Numbered from the whole stretch's first letter, positions 50,488-62,781 are shown. The stretch is 62,781 nt of DNA, filler included, from Choristocarpus tenellus KU-1152 (GCA_964200185.2; 10 parts of 10 records of this genome joined end to end with filler, not necessarily neighbours in it); one strand, 5' to 3'. The notes: generated by a model from the sequence alone, not told the origin. Made by a program: numbers and translations.

Positions 50488-50742
50488 TAGTGAAAGTATC
50501 TTAGAGGGTACAAGTTTGCCCTGTTTGTCCATTTGGGGCTTGGCTTCCTATGGCTTTTTATGACATTTTCCGACTCCAAAATGTTTTGGAGTAGGTTAAA
50601 TGTATACATTATGAAAAGGTGTTTCCCCAAAAAAGATATTGACACTTCCTAAAAATACAGTAGCCAAAATTACATCAAAATCGCAACATTGGATTTTTGC
50701 CCCCAAATGGATGCGGCTCTACCCTCTAAGACACTTTGACTC
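50488..50742 (-). mobile_element. MITE family A copy
   Basis: AGTGAAAGTATCTTAGAGGGTA...TACCCTCTAAGACACTTTGACTC; TCTT on both flanks if the terminal G was lost. Confidence 0.87.
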
Positions 50743-51599
50743 TCTTCTCTGCCACAATACAATCTGAGTGATTTGATGATATCTATTGCCGTTGCTGGTG
50801 ACAATCGCCTGCGGTAAGCGTGAATCACGTATTCTTAGTTCATGTTGGGGGGCATGTTATAGGCGAATAGTACGATAATTTCTTCTTGTGTTCTAACAAA
50901 TGCGAGCAGTATATGATATTAGTAGCACATAGGTGGCCTTACAGGTATCCATATGGCCACAAACCATGTTCTTACCTCCCTTAGTGTGAGATGTCTGTCC
51001 ATGTTAGGGCATCTCTGCCCAACACTTCTAACTGCTACTTGTTTTGTTATAGTTACTCAAGAATGGATAATGGTATAAGATACATTTGCAAGATGTCAGA
51101 GGGCATAATATATATATATATAATGGTGTAAGATCGTGAAGAAGTTTGCGTTGCCACACATGCCTTATTGTCTGAGATGCCATCTTTGAGCATGCCTTAA
51201 AATGGTTCCCCTACTGAAATGGACATTAATAATAGAGTAACATGCTGTAGTATGATGGCATTAGTGATAACATACGGCTCTTTGGATGTTTCAATTTTAC
51301 ATCTCTACCAAATCAGAAATGATAAGGACCTCTCTCTTTCAGGTTGCTCAAATCCCGACGTTGCCAACTTGCAGATAGAGTGAAGGGTTTTTGGCATCTT
51401 TGTAACCATTGGAGTGGGAGACTTCTTCGTGTTAGCAAAGCTAAGGTCTACCAGTGTGCCGTACGACTTCGATCACCTCGCCAGCCTTGCGTTCTAGGAG
51501 GGGTGAACTCCTGTGCCATGGAAAGAGCTTGACTTATTGTATTCCCGATCTCCCAGCCCCAATCCTTCCCTCAGCATCAAGTTGACACTGGGCAAGGAT

Positions 51600-52698
51600 A
51601 TGGGCTGCGTGTTTTTTAAGGACCAAGCCCCAGAGGTCTTGGAACGCCAGACTGAGGAAATGAAGCCAGGCTCATTAGTGGAACAACGAGGAGTGTCCAC
51701 AACAGTCAACATAGACCGAACACCTGCCCCTGCATACGAGGAACCGACCTCGTCAGTCCAAAAGATGATCAACTCGAGGAGTGAATCCTCACGTGATCGC
51801 CGTCGAAATAGGGTATACTATGGGCGTTTGAGGATGGGAATCTGTATTGAGTTTAGGGAGGTGTTTGACTCTCTTCGAGTTTTTCTTTCTTGTGGAATCC
51901 GTTTCTTTGCTCATGTTGGTGCGAAAAATGTGAAGCTATTGCCGCCCTGGTCAGTGAGGATTCGACCTGCTGGCCCTAGCCACATTCGCGATTCACTGTT
52001 AGAACCAGAATATCTTGCAACGACCCAATACGTGTATTGAGTGTTGACTACTGGGGGAATCCCTTTGGAGCAACACATCCCTCCTCATCACATCCGCACT
52101 GTGTTTTGGTAAATGTGTCGATTAACTGATGAAGAAATCCAGTACTTCTAATGTTGCTAGATGGTATGAAGCAGTCCCCGTCCTGGGGTGGCCTTCCCGA
52201 CCCAGATCCTGATGGGATTGGGTGATCACCAAAATGGATTTGGTCTCCCTCGATGGGGCTCATGCTTCAATTTTCCAAGCGACACGAACACTTGTTCGAT
52301 ACGAGTCGTCAGTATCGATTTCAATGTCGTCTGGGGTGTTCTTGCTTGTGCAAGTTAGTTTTCTTTGTTTGCCTCGACTCTACTCGTCTCTTCCCTGTTC
52401 GACTTATGCCTTGCGGCCAGGACAGGACTGGACAGTGTAGCCTTTTGCTGCCCCATCTTTGATATTCAGCCATGTCAGAGTCGTCGCAGTTCTTGGTAGA
52501 TGCTTCAATCTGCCTAATGAGTTAAAGACTTATTTTTGGTCCTTATCCTCACCCCAAATCCGCCTACTGTCCTTCCCCTCCCTGCTCCTTTTCCCCACAC
52601 ACGTCCATGGCTGTCGCCCATGGACTCTGGCAGTCCCTACTCCAAAATCTGGTCAACGAAGAATTCAGGAGGCAGATCACAGAGGTCTACAATCTTGA
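51600..52698 (+). CDS. 5' exons (51600-51812, 52634-52698) of an N-acylated protein, possibly a CDPK/CAMK-type kinase
   Basis: Starts MGCVFFK (myristoylation/palmitoylation-type motif). A phase-0 splice to SLLQNLVNEEFRRQITEVYNLE resembles the segment preceding the kinase Gly-rich loop. The kinase domain itself is not in the contig. Confidence 0.45.
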
Positions 52699-53258
52699 GT
52701 GAGCAGCGCACACACACCTGCACCACACACCCCTATACCAAGAAAGTATGGAAAAGTTTTGTGTGCTCGCGTTGAAGATACAGTACCACCATTTCTATTT
52801 TTTTCACAGGGCGGGCTGCACCTCTTTGGATGCAACCCTGTTCTTAGGGAGGATAAGACACAAACCTCATTAACCACCTGATAGGCGTTACACAATGAAT
52901 GCTCCCTGTATTGTCCATCCTCACTCCCCTCCCCTCCAGGTGTAAGGGTTAGGGTCAGGTGCCAACCGAATTTTTGCAATGCCACCACTGATCGCAGTTC
53001 ATTACCTATCCTAGAATTGTAAACCAAGAGGATTTTGCTATGTCACCCCAGAGCATTGAAGAGGGTAGGTAGGAGAGTCCTTCCCCTTCCTTCCCTCTCG
53101 ACTGCTCCGAGTCGCTTCCAAGTTAAGAAAATAAATGAAAAATCAGACCCGCCCGGAGGGAGGAGAGACTGTGTTTTTTTTTGGGGGGGGGTGGGGTGGG
53201 GTGGGCTCAGACTGCCATCGTGTACGTCGAGGTCATTATATGTTATATATACAAAAAT

Positions 53259-53358
53259 NNNNNNNNNNNNNNNNNNNNNNNNNNNNNNNNNNNNNNNNNN
53301 NNTTAATTAATTAANNNNNNNNNNNNNNNNNNNNNNNNNNNNNNNNNNNNNNNNNNNN
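53259..53358. other. Artificial contig linker
   Basis: N44-TTAATTAATTAA-N44. Confidence 0.98.
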
Positions 53359-55610
53359 GGATACTCTTCTTCCTGTCTCTTTTGGAAGCATACACTTTGT
53401 TCGGGAGGATGTCAGTCAAAGGTAGCTACTTGGTCATAGTTCGGAACAAACTGTCGCATGTATCCTGTCATGCCTAGGAAACTTCTTAACTGCTCAACTG
53501 TAGACGGGGGATCAAGTTTTGCGACTGCCATCATTTTTGATGGAGCAGGACTCAAGCCATCTCTACCTACCTTCATTCCTACAAATTCTTGTGAGGGCAA
53601 GCACCACAAGGATTTTGAAAAGTTCACAGACAGGTCGTATTGCTTGAGTCTGGTAAGAAGGAGGCGAAGTTTGGTCATGTGTTCATCAAATGATGAGCTA
53701 TAGCACAAAAGATCATCTAGCCAGTTTTCTACACTGTTTCCTTTGAGATCTCCTAATGCCACTCTCATGTAGCTAGAGAATACTGCAGGTAAGATTTTCA
53801 ACCCAAAGCTACACCTGCAATATTCCCAAAGTTGTCCATGAGCGTCACGGAAGGCTGTCTTATGTTTGTCTACCTCTTGCGATTTCCAGCTGAAAGAAAC
53901 CCGACGCTAGATCTATGGCAGTAAAATAGCTAGAACCCTTAAGCTTATCAAAGATGCTGGTGATGTTCCCCAGACCTCCACTATCACTACGTGAGAGATC
54001 ATTAAGCATCCTATAGTCTGTGCATAACCTCAGGGTCCCATCTTTCTTACCTACTGCTACTACTGCTGCTGCCCATGCTGAGGTGGAGGGTCTGATAATA
54101 CCACGTTCCTGCAACTGCTTAACCTCGGCCTGAATCATCCGTGTTTCCTCAGGAGAAAAGCGCGTTTGTTTCGCTGCATAGGGTGTGCAGTTCTCGTCTA
54201 ATAGTGGTGTATGTAGTACTCCTCTAGAGCATGGGGGAATTCGTTTGGGATCTTCACGGAATACTTCTAAATGTCCAAATTCTTCCAACAATTCCACCAA
54301 CTGTTTCTTCTGCTCAGGTGTCAGCTGTCTCATATTGGCATCGCTGAGGCTCACCGATCGATGACGGACCCACTTGGTTTCACCTGAAGGGGTGTCTTCC
54401 TCCTCTGTTGTCGGGCAGTCACCAGTCTCGTCTGCTTCTGGGGAATACCTTATCTGAGAACTAGTCGTGGTAAGCAGGGCCTGTGCTTTTTGGGAGCCTT
54501 TGGGGGGTTGGGCTAGTGATTGAAAGAGTGCAACCACCCTCTCTGTATCCTTGGTATTCAGAGCAATTGCCTTTGCAACTGGCAGCCCTGCTTGGACACT
54601 ACTGGGCTTACTGCACGTGTTTACCAGCTTGCAATATATGGGGGTTCCTGGGTTCCACCATTGTACGCCTCTGGCAACCCCGAAAGCATTCCCTAATTCC
54701 AGGTTATACTCTGATAAGGGTTCAATCACCACCAGCTGCCTGGATTGTGGTTGCACCCCCTTAACAAATCCTTTGCAGACTTTGCTGACAAACCCTTCTA
54801 CATGTTCTACTTCTGACAGACACAATTCCCATTGCAGAGTCCCATCGTCCTCCCACGCTACCTCTACCGGAAGGGGTAACATACCTGGATTCTCCAATGA
54901 TGGGTTCAGATGATCTTTGTCGTGGGTAAGATCTATCGTGGCGATACCTGCCTCTGGATCCGTATCTTGGGTGCCTGCTTCTGAGTCTACATTAAAAAAA
55001 GTTGTATGTTCCTTCTCTGGTGGTGTATGCTCACCAGTTAGAGTACTAGTGCATCTTGGGAATCTAGGGAGTACGTCAGGGGGGGGTTCTCTGCATCCAG
55101 CTGATCCGGGGATATTAAGAGGTAGGCTGTGGTACTTGGATGGTCGGGTTGTGGGTGTCATTGATGCTTGCCACTCTCCTATGGCTGACAGGGGTGTATT
55201 GCTATCATGAGATCGGGGTGTCACAGCTCAAACAAAAGGTATTCATGGTAAGTTTGGAGCTGATCGAAAGCCTTCCCCTTCTCTAAATGACAGTAATACT
55301 CTTGTTCTGCCTACAGAATGCTGCTCCTAGAACCATCTCGTAAGGTAAGCCTTCCACTACTCTAAATGTCACACTGTGGACTCTGCCCTCTGGGGGAAAC
55401 TATATTGGCAGTATGCAGGATCCTAGTACCGGCATAGGTGGAATACTGCATCCTTTCGGATGTGCTGCATGCAATGTACCTTTACCTGTTTGGTTAAGGG
55501 GCGGCAGGCCGGTGCTACCTCCCTAGAGAGTAGTACTGCGCCAAAAAGCAGACGAAATGTAGTTCCCACCTCCTGCACCTGTGTCAAGGAGTATCTGTAC
55601 AGGCATCCTC
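53359..55610 (-). pseudogene. Gypsy pol pseudogene (aspartic protease, spacer domain, reverse transcriptase)
   Basis: The protease at ~55290-55605 has in-frame stops. A frameshift near 53875 separates FFQLEIA from EDKHKTAFRDAHGQLWEYCRCSFGLKILPAVF. Confidence 0.9.
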
Positions 55611-57555
55611 GAGCAGACTTTGCGAATGTGCCACAGCAAGGCAGATAACCATACTTGACTAGTTCGCTGGGCAGTTCACATAGTGGATATTGTCGAGGTA
55701 GGTGTGAGGGTCATGCTTCCTATGGTTACAGTGGCTAAGTTCCCTGGAGTTGAAGACTCCAGGGCGCACCCTCAGGGTAACTCGGGTACTTCGGAATCGG
55801 TCGGGCTGCTTGCAAATAGTGGCGGGAACTCAAAGTCCTGCATCACGGCAGGGTAATGCAAATGGGAGTCTGTCAAGGCTACCATCGTACGTGACTCATT
55901 CGCTGGGGTAGTACTTCGCTGTATCTTGGGAAAGACGTGTAAAGTAACCCTTAGGTACTATGGAGTTGTCGTGAGTATACCTACACCTGCGGCCAATAGA
56001 CTTGAAGCAGTCGCGACCTAAAGCATGATGGAAGCAAACTCGATGTGCCTTGAGTCACTCGACAACCTCATCCTGGGAAGCAGATAGTAAAGGCAAATCC
56101 TTACCCGAATGGTGTCGACCTGTATCGCTTGCTCTGTCCGTGGTTAACAAAGACGTGGATCGGGGCATGGACTGGGTGGCAGGTGTTGCTGGTCGAACGG
56201 ATGTGGATGCATTGCTCTTAGAAACGAACGTGGTCTCATATTTCCCAGGAGCAGAAGCAGGTTGATTTGTCAGCGCAGCACAGACAGTGGGCAGGGGTTT
56301 TTGAGACAAAACAGGTTGGAGCATCAGTGCGAGGGCCGCCAGCACACTGTTGACCACCTCTTGGTGTGGTGGTGGATTCTGGCTTGGCACCTCCTGCGGC
56401 AAGGATGTCCTGCTGTGTTGGGGTAGTTCCAGTTCTTGTCTGCCTATCGGGGCTTCAACTAGGGCAGACAAAGAGTCGGACATGCTTGCAAACATAGCAC
56501 GAGCGTTAGCCATGCTGCCTAAAGAAGTAAGTGTCTTATTTTTGTACGACGCAGATTTTGTAACGTTTTGATTGGTTGGAACAGATGCGTACTGGTCGCT
56601 ACGATTGGACAATTCTTCGATAAGATCGTCAAAGATCCGCTCTGCATAAATTTCCCCCTGTACCATTTCATCTCCTAAAGGATTATTCTGGGAAATTGCC
56701 AGTGGGCGGATATGGTTTCGAATCTCCTTTTGATCGTGTACACAACTCATGAATTTCTCTTCGCAACTCTGCCTCAACCTCTCTGGACCGACGTACCGTA
56801 CCCAGGCTATTCTTTCGAGATGGTCTGGGTGATACAGACCTGTGTGAAGAATAATTATTATTATTATCGCTGGTCCGACGGTGACGACGCGGTGAACGGG
56901 TGCGGCCTCTGCGTTCTTCTCTGGTCCTCCGTCCGTGTCGATGAGAGCGCCTGTGCCGGGATCTTGACCTGGAGCAGGATCTGCCACAAGTGGAAGACTG
57001 AAAACGAATGTGCTCTTTGCGCCTGCCGTGACGTTCAGCAGCGTGGACACGGCTGCGACCAGAATTGCCTTGAGTGGCGGTACTGGGGTGGAATCTCTCG
57101 GAATAATCGATTCCTTGAAGGATCTGTGGGTCGGAGGCGACCTCGACTTCTCGCGAATACTGTGAGCCAGACATGTCTGAGAACCTGGGGGATAAAAGGG
57201 CAAGATGGCAACCAAAGGAGAACAGAAATGTGTGAGTAAAGGAACGCAGACAACTGACTACCTAGGCAACATCTTGACCATGGTGATCGAAGACCACTCA
57301 TTTTATGACTATAGGCGAGTGATGTGGCGATCAGAGGCCACTCGTTTTACGGCTAGAGAGGGGCGATTCCCTCAGAGCCACAGAAGCCCTCAGACCCATG
57401 AAGACAATGAGCCCAAGGAGGGAATCCCGTAGACGACGAACAAAGACCACAAACCCAGGTTGAACAAGAAAATAATCCAGGCGGGCGTGAGAAGCTACAA
57501 AGAGTCCTAAGTGTTGAGGTGAATCAAGGAGTAATCCCTCCAGTTTGAATAGAAG

Positions 57556-57569
57556 CGGTAGGACCTTCA
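57556..57569 (-). promoter_or_regulatory. Primer-binding site, probably tRNA-Gln
   Basis: TGAAGGTCCTACCG directly follows the LTR end TGTAACA; one mismatch to TGGAGGTCCTACCG, the complement of eukaryotic tRNA-Gln 3' ends. Confidence 0.7.
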
Positions 57570-57944
57570 TGTTACAGGTGCCCCTCGGAACTCACCTCCA
57601 CAGGATATACAACTCAAATCCAATTCACAGATTAACACACGTCAGCTCAGCAGAACAGTACTACTCTCAGGTGAATCAAGTAGCACAAGAAAAGTGTGTA
57701 TATTGGTATCAGTAAGAGAGAACTGAATAGGTGGGTCCTTTAGGTCAGAAGAACTGAGCCGTTTGGAGCCGTTTTTAGGATCTCTTGTCATCATTTACTG
57801 TTGGGGCTTCTTTTGGTTTACAGACATTGGAATATATCTGAGAAGCTTTGCGGCCTTTCCATCTGGGACCCTTGGCAACTTTCCCTAGTTGCAGATTTTA
57901 TTCTGCAACTTTTTGGCAAATCGGAGTTCCCCCTTTTGGGGTTC
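57570..57944 (-). repeat. 5' LTR, truncated by the contig end
   Basis: Ends ...CCTGTAACA before the PBS; the terminal ~54 bp match the solo LTR at 20778-21317. Confidence 0.8.
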
Positions 57945-58044
57945 NNNNNNNNNNNNNNNNNNNNNNNNNNNNNNNNNNNNNNNNNNNNTTAATTAATTAA
58001 NNNNNNNNNNNNNNNNNNNNNNNNNNNNNNNNNNNNNNNNNNNN
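57945..58044. other. Artificial contig linker
   Basis: N44-TTAATTAATTAA-N44. Confidence 0.98.
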
Positions 58045-58342
58045 TTAAATTACCGAAAAAAAAATTAAAGGTTTCATCGAGGAAGGGGCCCCCCGCACGC
58101 CCCCCCCCCCCCCCCCCCAAGATACTTTGAATCTTCTTCTTTTTAAGCCTATTGGTTTTGATCAATGGTCAACTACATATATTTGTTCACTACTCCTCTG
58201 ATGTGTGGGGTCTCGAGAGCGCCCTGCAGGTGCTTTTTTCTTTCCGTTATGTTTTTAATTTTTTTTTTCCTACAGTGTTCCTGCAAGTACCATGTTCCGT
58301 ACCAGAGAGTTACCAGCATTTGTGCTGTTCATGAGGCACAGT

Positions 58343-58578
58343 GTTGAAAAAGGGTACATTAATTGTAGGGGGTAGTGCAAGGATTCAACGGATACTCTCC
58401 CCAGTACTTCACGGCCAAAAAACAACTGTAATCTATGTACATATTTAATGCATCNNNNNNNNNNGTTGAAAAAGGGTACATTAATTGTAGGGGGTAGTGC
58501 AAGGATTCAACGGATAGACTCTCCCCAGTACTTCACGGCCAAAAAACAACTGTAATCTATGTACATATTTAATGCATC
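58343..58578. other. About 112 bp duplicated on either side of a 10-N gap (unmerged scaffold overlap)
   Basis: 58343-58454 and 58465-58578 are identical except for a 2-bp insertion. Confidence 0.85.
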
Positions 58579-59029
58579 ATGAGCAAGTAGACTTGTTCTC
58601 CTGGGTCAACATGACCCCTGGAGATCATCTACATACGGAAAGCAGTTGCGGACACAATTAAAACAAAAATAAAAATGGGGGGAGGGGGGGGGGGGACGAA
58701 GTATGGTGCAAACTGGGTTGCACCACTTTGCCAGAAAATAATAAAACAAAAATATGCTAACAAGTGTGTGCGCGTGTGTGTGGGTGTTGGGGAAGGGAAG
58801 GGAACCCTGAGATGATTTGGAGATATCGCTGTACGTCTGCTGGGCCTACAAACATCCTTTTTATTTTCATTATTATTATTATTATTATCAATATCATTAC
58901 TGCAGCTGTTTACGTAAAAAAGCTGTTACGCGTTCAAACAAGGTAGTTGCATGTGACTTTATAGTATAGCTATACACAGACAGTGCAGTTGCAGAAAACC
59001 CATCAAACCCAACTACCCCGAGCACATAC

Positions 59030-60902
59030 CGCAGCCCTCTCAGCCTCCTCCTCCTCCGCCTTTTTTCTCCGGTACTCCTCCGCCTCCAACGCGTCGATGA
59101 CATACTGGTACTTAGAATCTGTCAGGCCCAGAGTCTTGGCCACCACCTGACATGGTGGACCACAACACGAACAAAAAAGGCAGCCATCTTAAAAAATAAA
59201 TACATGCACACACTGAGTTCAAGTTTTTTTTTTTTCGGATGCACTACGCGGAGGAAGGCTGCATCTCTGTCCCCCCTTTAAGGTAGTTACCTCTTGCTGC
59301 ACTTTTGAACTCCCCTGATCGGTAGTACGGGGGACATGCCTGCAGTCAAGAGGGTTTCCACCAACCAACAGCGACCAAGTCACTGGCTCTTGATATATAT
59401 ATATCTCTCTCTCTCTTTTTTTTAAACAAAAAAGGCCGCAGAGTAACAAGAACGATTCGAGGCCTTTCGCATTCTTGCCCCTCTCATTTGATCATGTTCA
59501 CATGCTTCAAATAAAATTGTCCATATTCTGCTATTTATTTCCCACTGATGATTTAAAAAAAAATTCAGAAAACGTTGTACGCTAGATGAGATTTTGCACA
59601 AGAGAGTAGCACAGAAAAAAAGAAGTGAAGTGGTCCACTCGCGATGTTGACGAAAATTCCCAGCACCTGACTAAGAGAGACCTGAAAAACAGCCACATAG
59701 AGCACATATTGAAGCAAGCGCTACTAACACAAGACACAAATGAATGATACAGTCAAGGCCAGAAAGAGACAGTGACAAGGCCATCACGACTGCTATGTTG
59801 TCTTGCGATTTTGCTGTGGGGTGTACAATTGACACACACACACACACACACAACCACAGTAGTTTCCCCGTACTCGTTGAGAAATTTCTCATTTGTAGAT
59901 AGTAAGATAGTATACAAGTATGACTATTATCGCAACTAAAGAGAAAAACCACAAAGTCTAAATCGTTGCACACACACAAACACACATGGATGTAATATCA
60001 ATTATCTACAGAACAAGATTGCTTTCAAGATCAACGAATAGATATCCACAATAATTTCGAATTGCATCCTTCCCCCCTTCCCCGTCTTCGCCCTCTTTAT
60101 ACTTGGAAAAAATCTAACGGGTTGAGCAACCCAATATAATCGAGCAAGTTTTGCAGAGAAAACAATTGTAATACTTGCAAACCGTAAGAGAACTAACAGT
60201 TATGGGTGGTTGGCCGATATGCAATGCGAACGTAATCTTTTTCTTCCTTAACAAAGGTCTATTGCAAAGGGAGTCTTGTGGGAGTCGTTTGATCTTATTG
60301 ACCAACTATTGTGTGCACTCAAAACGTAGTTCATGAAAATGTTTCGATTCGGTCTTGTCCTACACAACACCCATAAACGGCGTTAACCCCCATGCATCTG
60401 TGACGACTGAACCATAGGGAGATGAGCTCTTTCAAGGAGCGTGGGCAAGGTGAGGGGCTAGCCATTCTGTAATCGTACAAACCATTCGGAGCACTGTCGT
60501 GATATTTGACGTCATGAAGTCCTGAACCGAATCTCAAGTTTACACGCACTATCGAATTTTAATACTTACATCAATATTTTTAATCAAACACAGGTCCTGG
60601 TGTTTTCCTCCAACCGTTGTGATATTTGAGGGAAGGCCGCAACGCAGAAATCCGTGAGCTGCCACGTCTTACCTCTCCAATGACCTCCCCTATATCGATC
60701 GCCTTGCTCCCCCCCCAGAAGAGGTTATGTCGAATCTTGACCCACCAGGGAGAAGATGCATCCCCCCCTTCTTCCCAATAGTACGGCTGGATCTGCACAG
60801 GGACAGGCACGAACCAAAATGGGACCAAGTTTGGTATGGCATGGTTTCCAATGGCAATCTTACGTCTACGAGTTTCAAGCATCTCTCTCGCTTCTTCCTC
60901 AT
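59030..60902 (-). CDS. Small hypothetical protein, partial. Exons 60902-60864, 60792-60673, 59146-59030
   Basis: Phase-0 joins give MRKKRERCLKLVD/IQPYYWEEGGDASSPWWVKIRHNLFWGGSKAIDIGEVIGE/VVAKTLGLTDSKYQYVIDALEAEEYRRKKAEEEEAERAA with canonical GTAAG/GTATG donors. Confidence 0.68.
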
Positions 60903-61694
60903 CCACCTTTCTCACTTTGTGGATTCAAGGTCATTGATCGAGAGTCAAGATTGGCGGACAAAGTCGAAACTTTCGCCAAGAGGTGAGAGAGGACAATCTC
61001 CGTGAATACAAACCTAGGTTCAAATCATTCCATTCCCCACAGTACCTTTACGTGAAGAAAGCTTTGCCTCGTGCAATCCCAAGGACAATATCCCAAATAT
61101 CCAATCAACATCCTCAGTATGCCCTAAGTTCAACCCTTTCCAGAAAATCAAACTCGAACAACTGCTTCATATTCGTACCTGTTCCTCACTCCCTGTTGCG
61201 AGAGTAGACTCATCAGAAACACTAACACCGGGATTTGTAGCCATCGTCACCGCTACAAAATTTAAACTGAACTCGTTCTACCTTGCAGAGTTAGAGTTGT
61301 TCAGCGAGAACTACTACAATCTACACTGTGACGGTGAACAAGAAACAACGACAGACTGTTGCAAAGAATTGAGGATACATGTATCAATGAACCGACTTCT
61401 AAAAATAATATAAATAGTCTAGAATAATATTACTTATCTTTTGTTAGACGAACTGCCTTCCTCCTCTCCAACAACAATGGGTCTGAACGGTACTGCTTGT
61501 TAGACCAAGAAAGTGCCCAACGCACAAGAGGTTCAATCGCTGAGAGCGCTACTTGCCAACAAAGGAAGGTCGGGCTTATCCTCTCCACTCGAGACAAGTT
61601 GGCATTGGTTGGGATTCATCGAAGCGGTGTAAATATATAAGAAACAGGGACTCATACCTGGTGCCTGTCCAGGGCAAGGTTGGGGAGTTAAACA

Positions 61695-62242
61695 ATGGGG
61701 GAACGGGGCATGCAGCTGAAGGCGGACGTGAATAAGCAAGGTTGGGAGGAGTCTGACTTTCCTTTGGTTTGTGAAACTTGCCTAGGAGACAACCCGTACG
61801 TTCGCATGACGAAGGAGCCACATGGGAAGGCCTGCAAGATATGTGACAGACCTTACACAGGTGAGACGGTCGAGCGATAATGCACCCCTCTCCCCTCAAG
61901 GAGATAAGTTGGACTAGTGTCTCGCGACTATATATATATATATATATATGTGTTGTAACTCTGGCTGCGGATTTTTCCCCACGCCCGCTTCAATGATGCG
62001 TAATTCTAACTGCGCTACAGCGTCCAAGTGTTAGTACTGGGGATAAAAATGGTCTGACTAATCTCACTTGCCCCTCTACTATCATGTCCTCATGCCGTCA
62101 CCTCATTTTCTCGTTGCTATGTTCCTTGCAGTGTTCCGTTGGAAGGCTGGGACGCAAGGCCGTATCAAGAGCACACAGCTGTGCCAGACGTGTGCAAAGC
62201 TAAAGAATGCATGCCAAACTTGTGTCCTAGACCTGCAATACG
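61695..62242 (+). CDS. RBM22: Pre-mRNA splicing factor RBM22/Slt11, 5' exons 61695-61860 and 62132-62242
   Basis: [81 protein letters not shown] is the diagnostic N-terminus. Confidence 0.95.
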
Positions 62243-62781
62243 GTGAGACACATTACCCCCAGTCGCCCTTCGAATGTCTAAAGGGGAGGCAGAAATATCT
62301 TGGACCGGCAATGAAATCCAATTGATTGTTTTGCCGAAATGTGTACCAGGAGACTAATGATACTAATCGACTTTAGACAATTCGCGCGCTTCAGGCTAGG
62401 TCACTCGACTACAATATTGTGGCAATCTTGCGTCTCTTTTGTTCAAATAATGAAACGAAGATGAAAATGCCTTTTTCTCTCTACAACGATTGACAGCAAC
62501 CTCCTCTCTGTGTTGTAAGACTTGCGGAGACCACCAAGGAGAGGTCTAACGGAACGAGAAAGGACTACACTCCAGCATCGCAGCCCTGGGTCTAGCCCAC
62601 GAACCCTATAGATTTAGGCTCTATGATTTGAGCAAAGAAATGTAGTAGTGACTACAGGTTTTGGCACAATAAGGACATAGCTAACCCAGCCACCCCCCCC
62701 CCCCCCCCCCAAAAAAACTTTTCCCCCCCCCCCCCCCTGTTCTTTTTCGGGTTTTCCCTAAAAAAGCGGGGAAAAAGTTTT

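Larger units (their letters stand above)
53359..57944 (-). mobile_element. Ty3/Gypsy LTR retrotransposon, 5' half, decayed
   Basis: Order LTR-PBS-gag-like-protease (ILLDTGA)-RT (RPSTSAWAAAVVAVGKKDGTLRLCTDYRMLN...IDLASGFFQL...WLDD...LRSFLGMTGY). Confidence 0.95.

Noticed and set aside
58343-58578. Biological tandem duplication
   Set aside because: The copies flank a 10-N gap exactly, typical of an unmerged overlap or of two alleles.

Overview
Eukaryotic draft-assembly sequence, most likely a brown alga or close stramenopile relative. This is inferred from intron-rich genes, TTAGGG repeats and a CCxxxCGxCGGxGC Cys-rich module. The window is not one locus: ten separate contigs are joined by an artificial 100-bp linker (N44-TTAATTAATTAA-N44), so adjacency across linkers has no biological meaning. 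Recognisable partial genes: midasin/Rea1 (AAA3-AAA4 region, 7 exons), the 3' half of CCT-alpha/TCP1 and the 5' end of RBM22/Slt11. Less certain genes: a probable single-pass membrane protein with a long Ser-rich tail, a Pro/Thr-rich Cys-module surface protein, a PH-like domain protein, an MGC-starting probable kinase 5' end and a small hypothetical protein. Mobile DNA is abundant: a decayed Ty3/Gypsy element (WLDD RT motif, CCCH finger in Gag, tRNA-Gln PBS), a related solo LTR, two MITE families sharing an AAAGTATCT TIR core, a Sola2-like transposase relic, a nested foldback MITE, and LINE, DIRS-type and OTU-like relics. The strongest signal missed by the ORF track is a cluster of about seven candidate box C/D snoRNAs in midasin introns. 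It includes a triplicated atypical RNA whose several short complementarities surround the SSU helix-34 acetylation site. All rRNA pairings use conserved rRNA segments recalled from memory, not this organism's rDNA.
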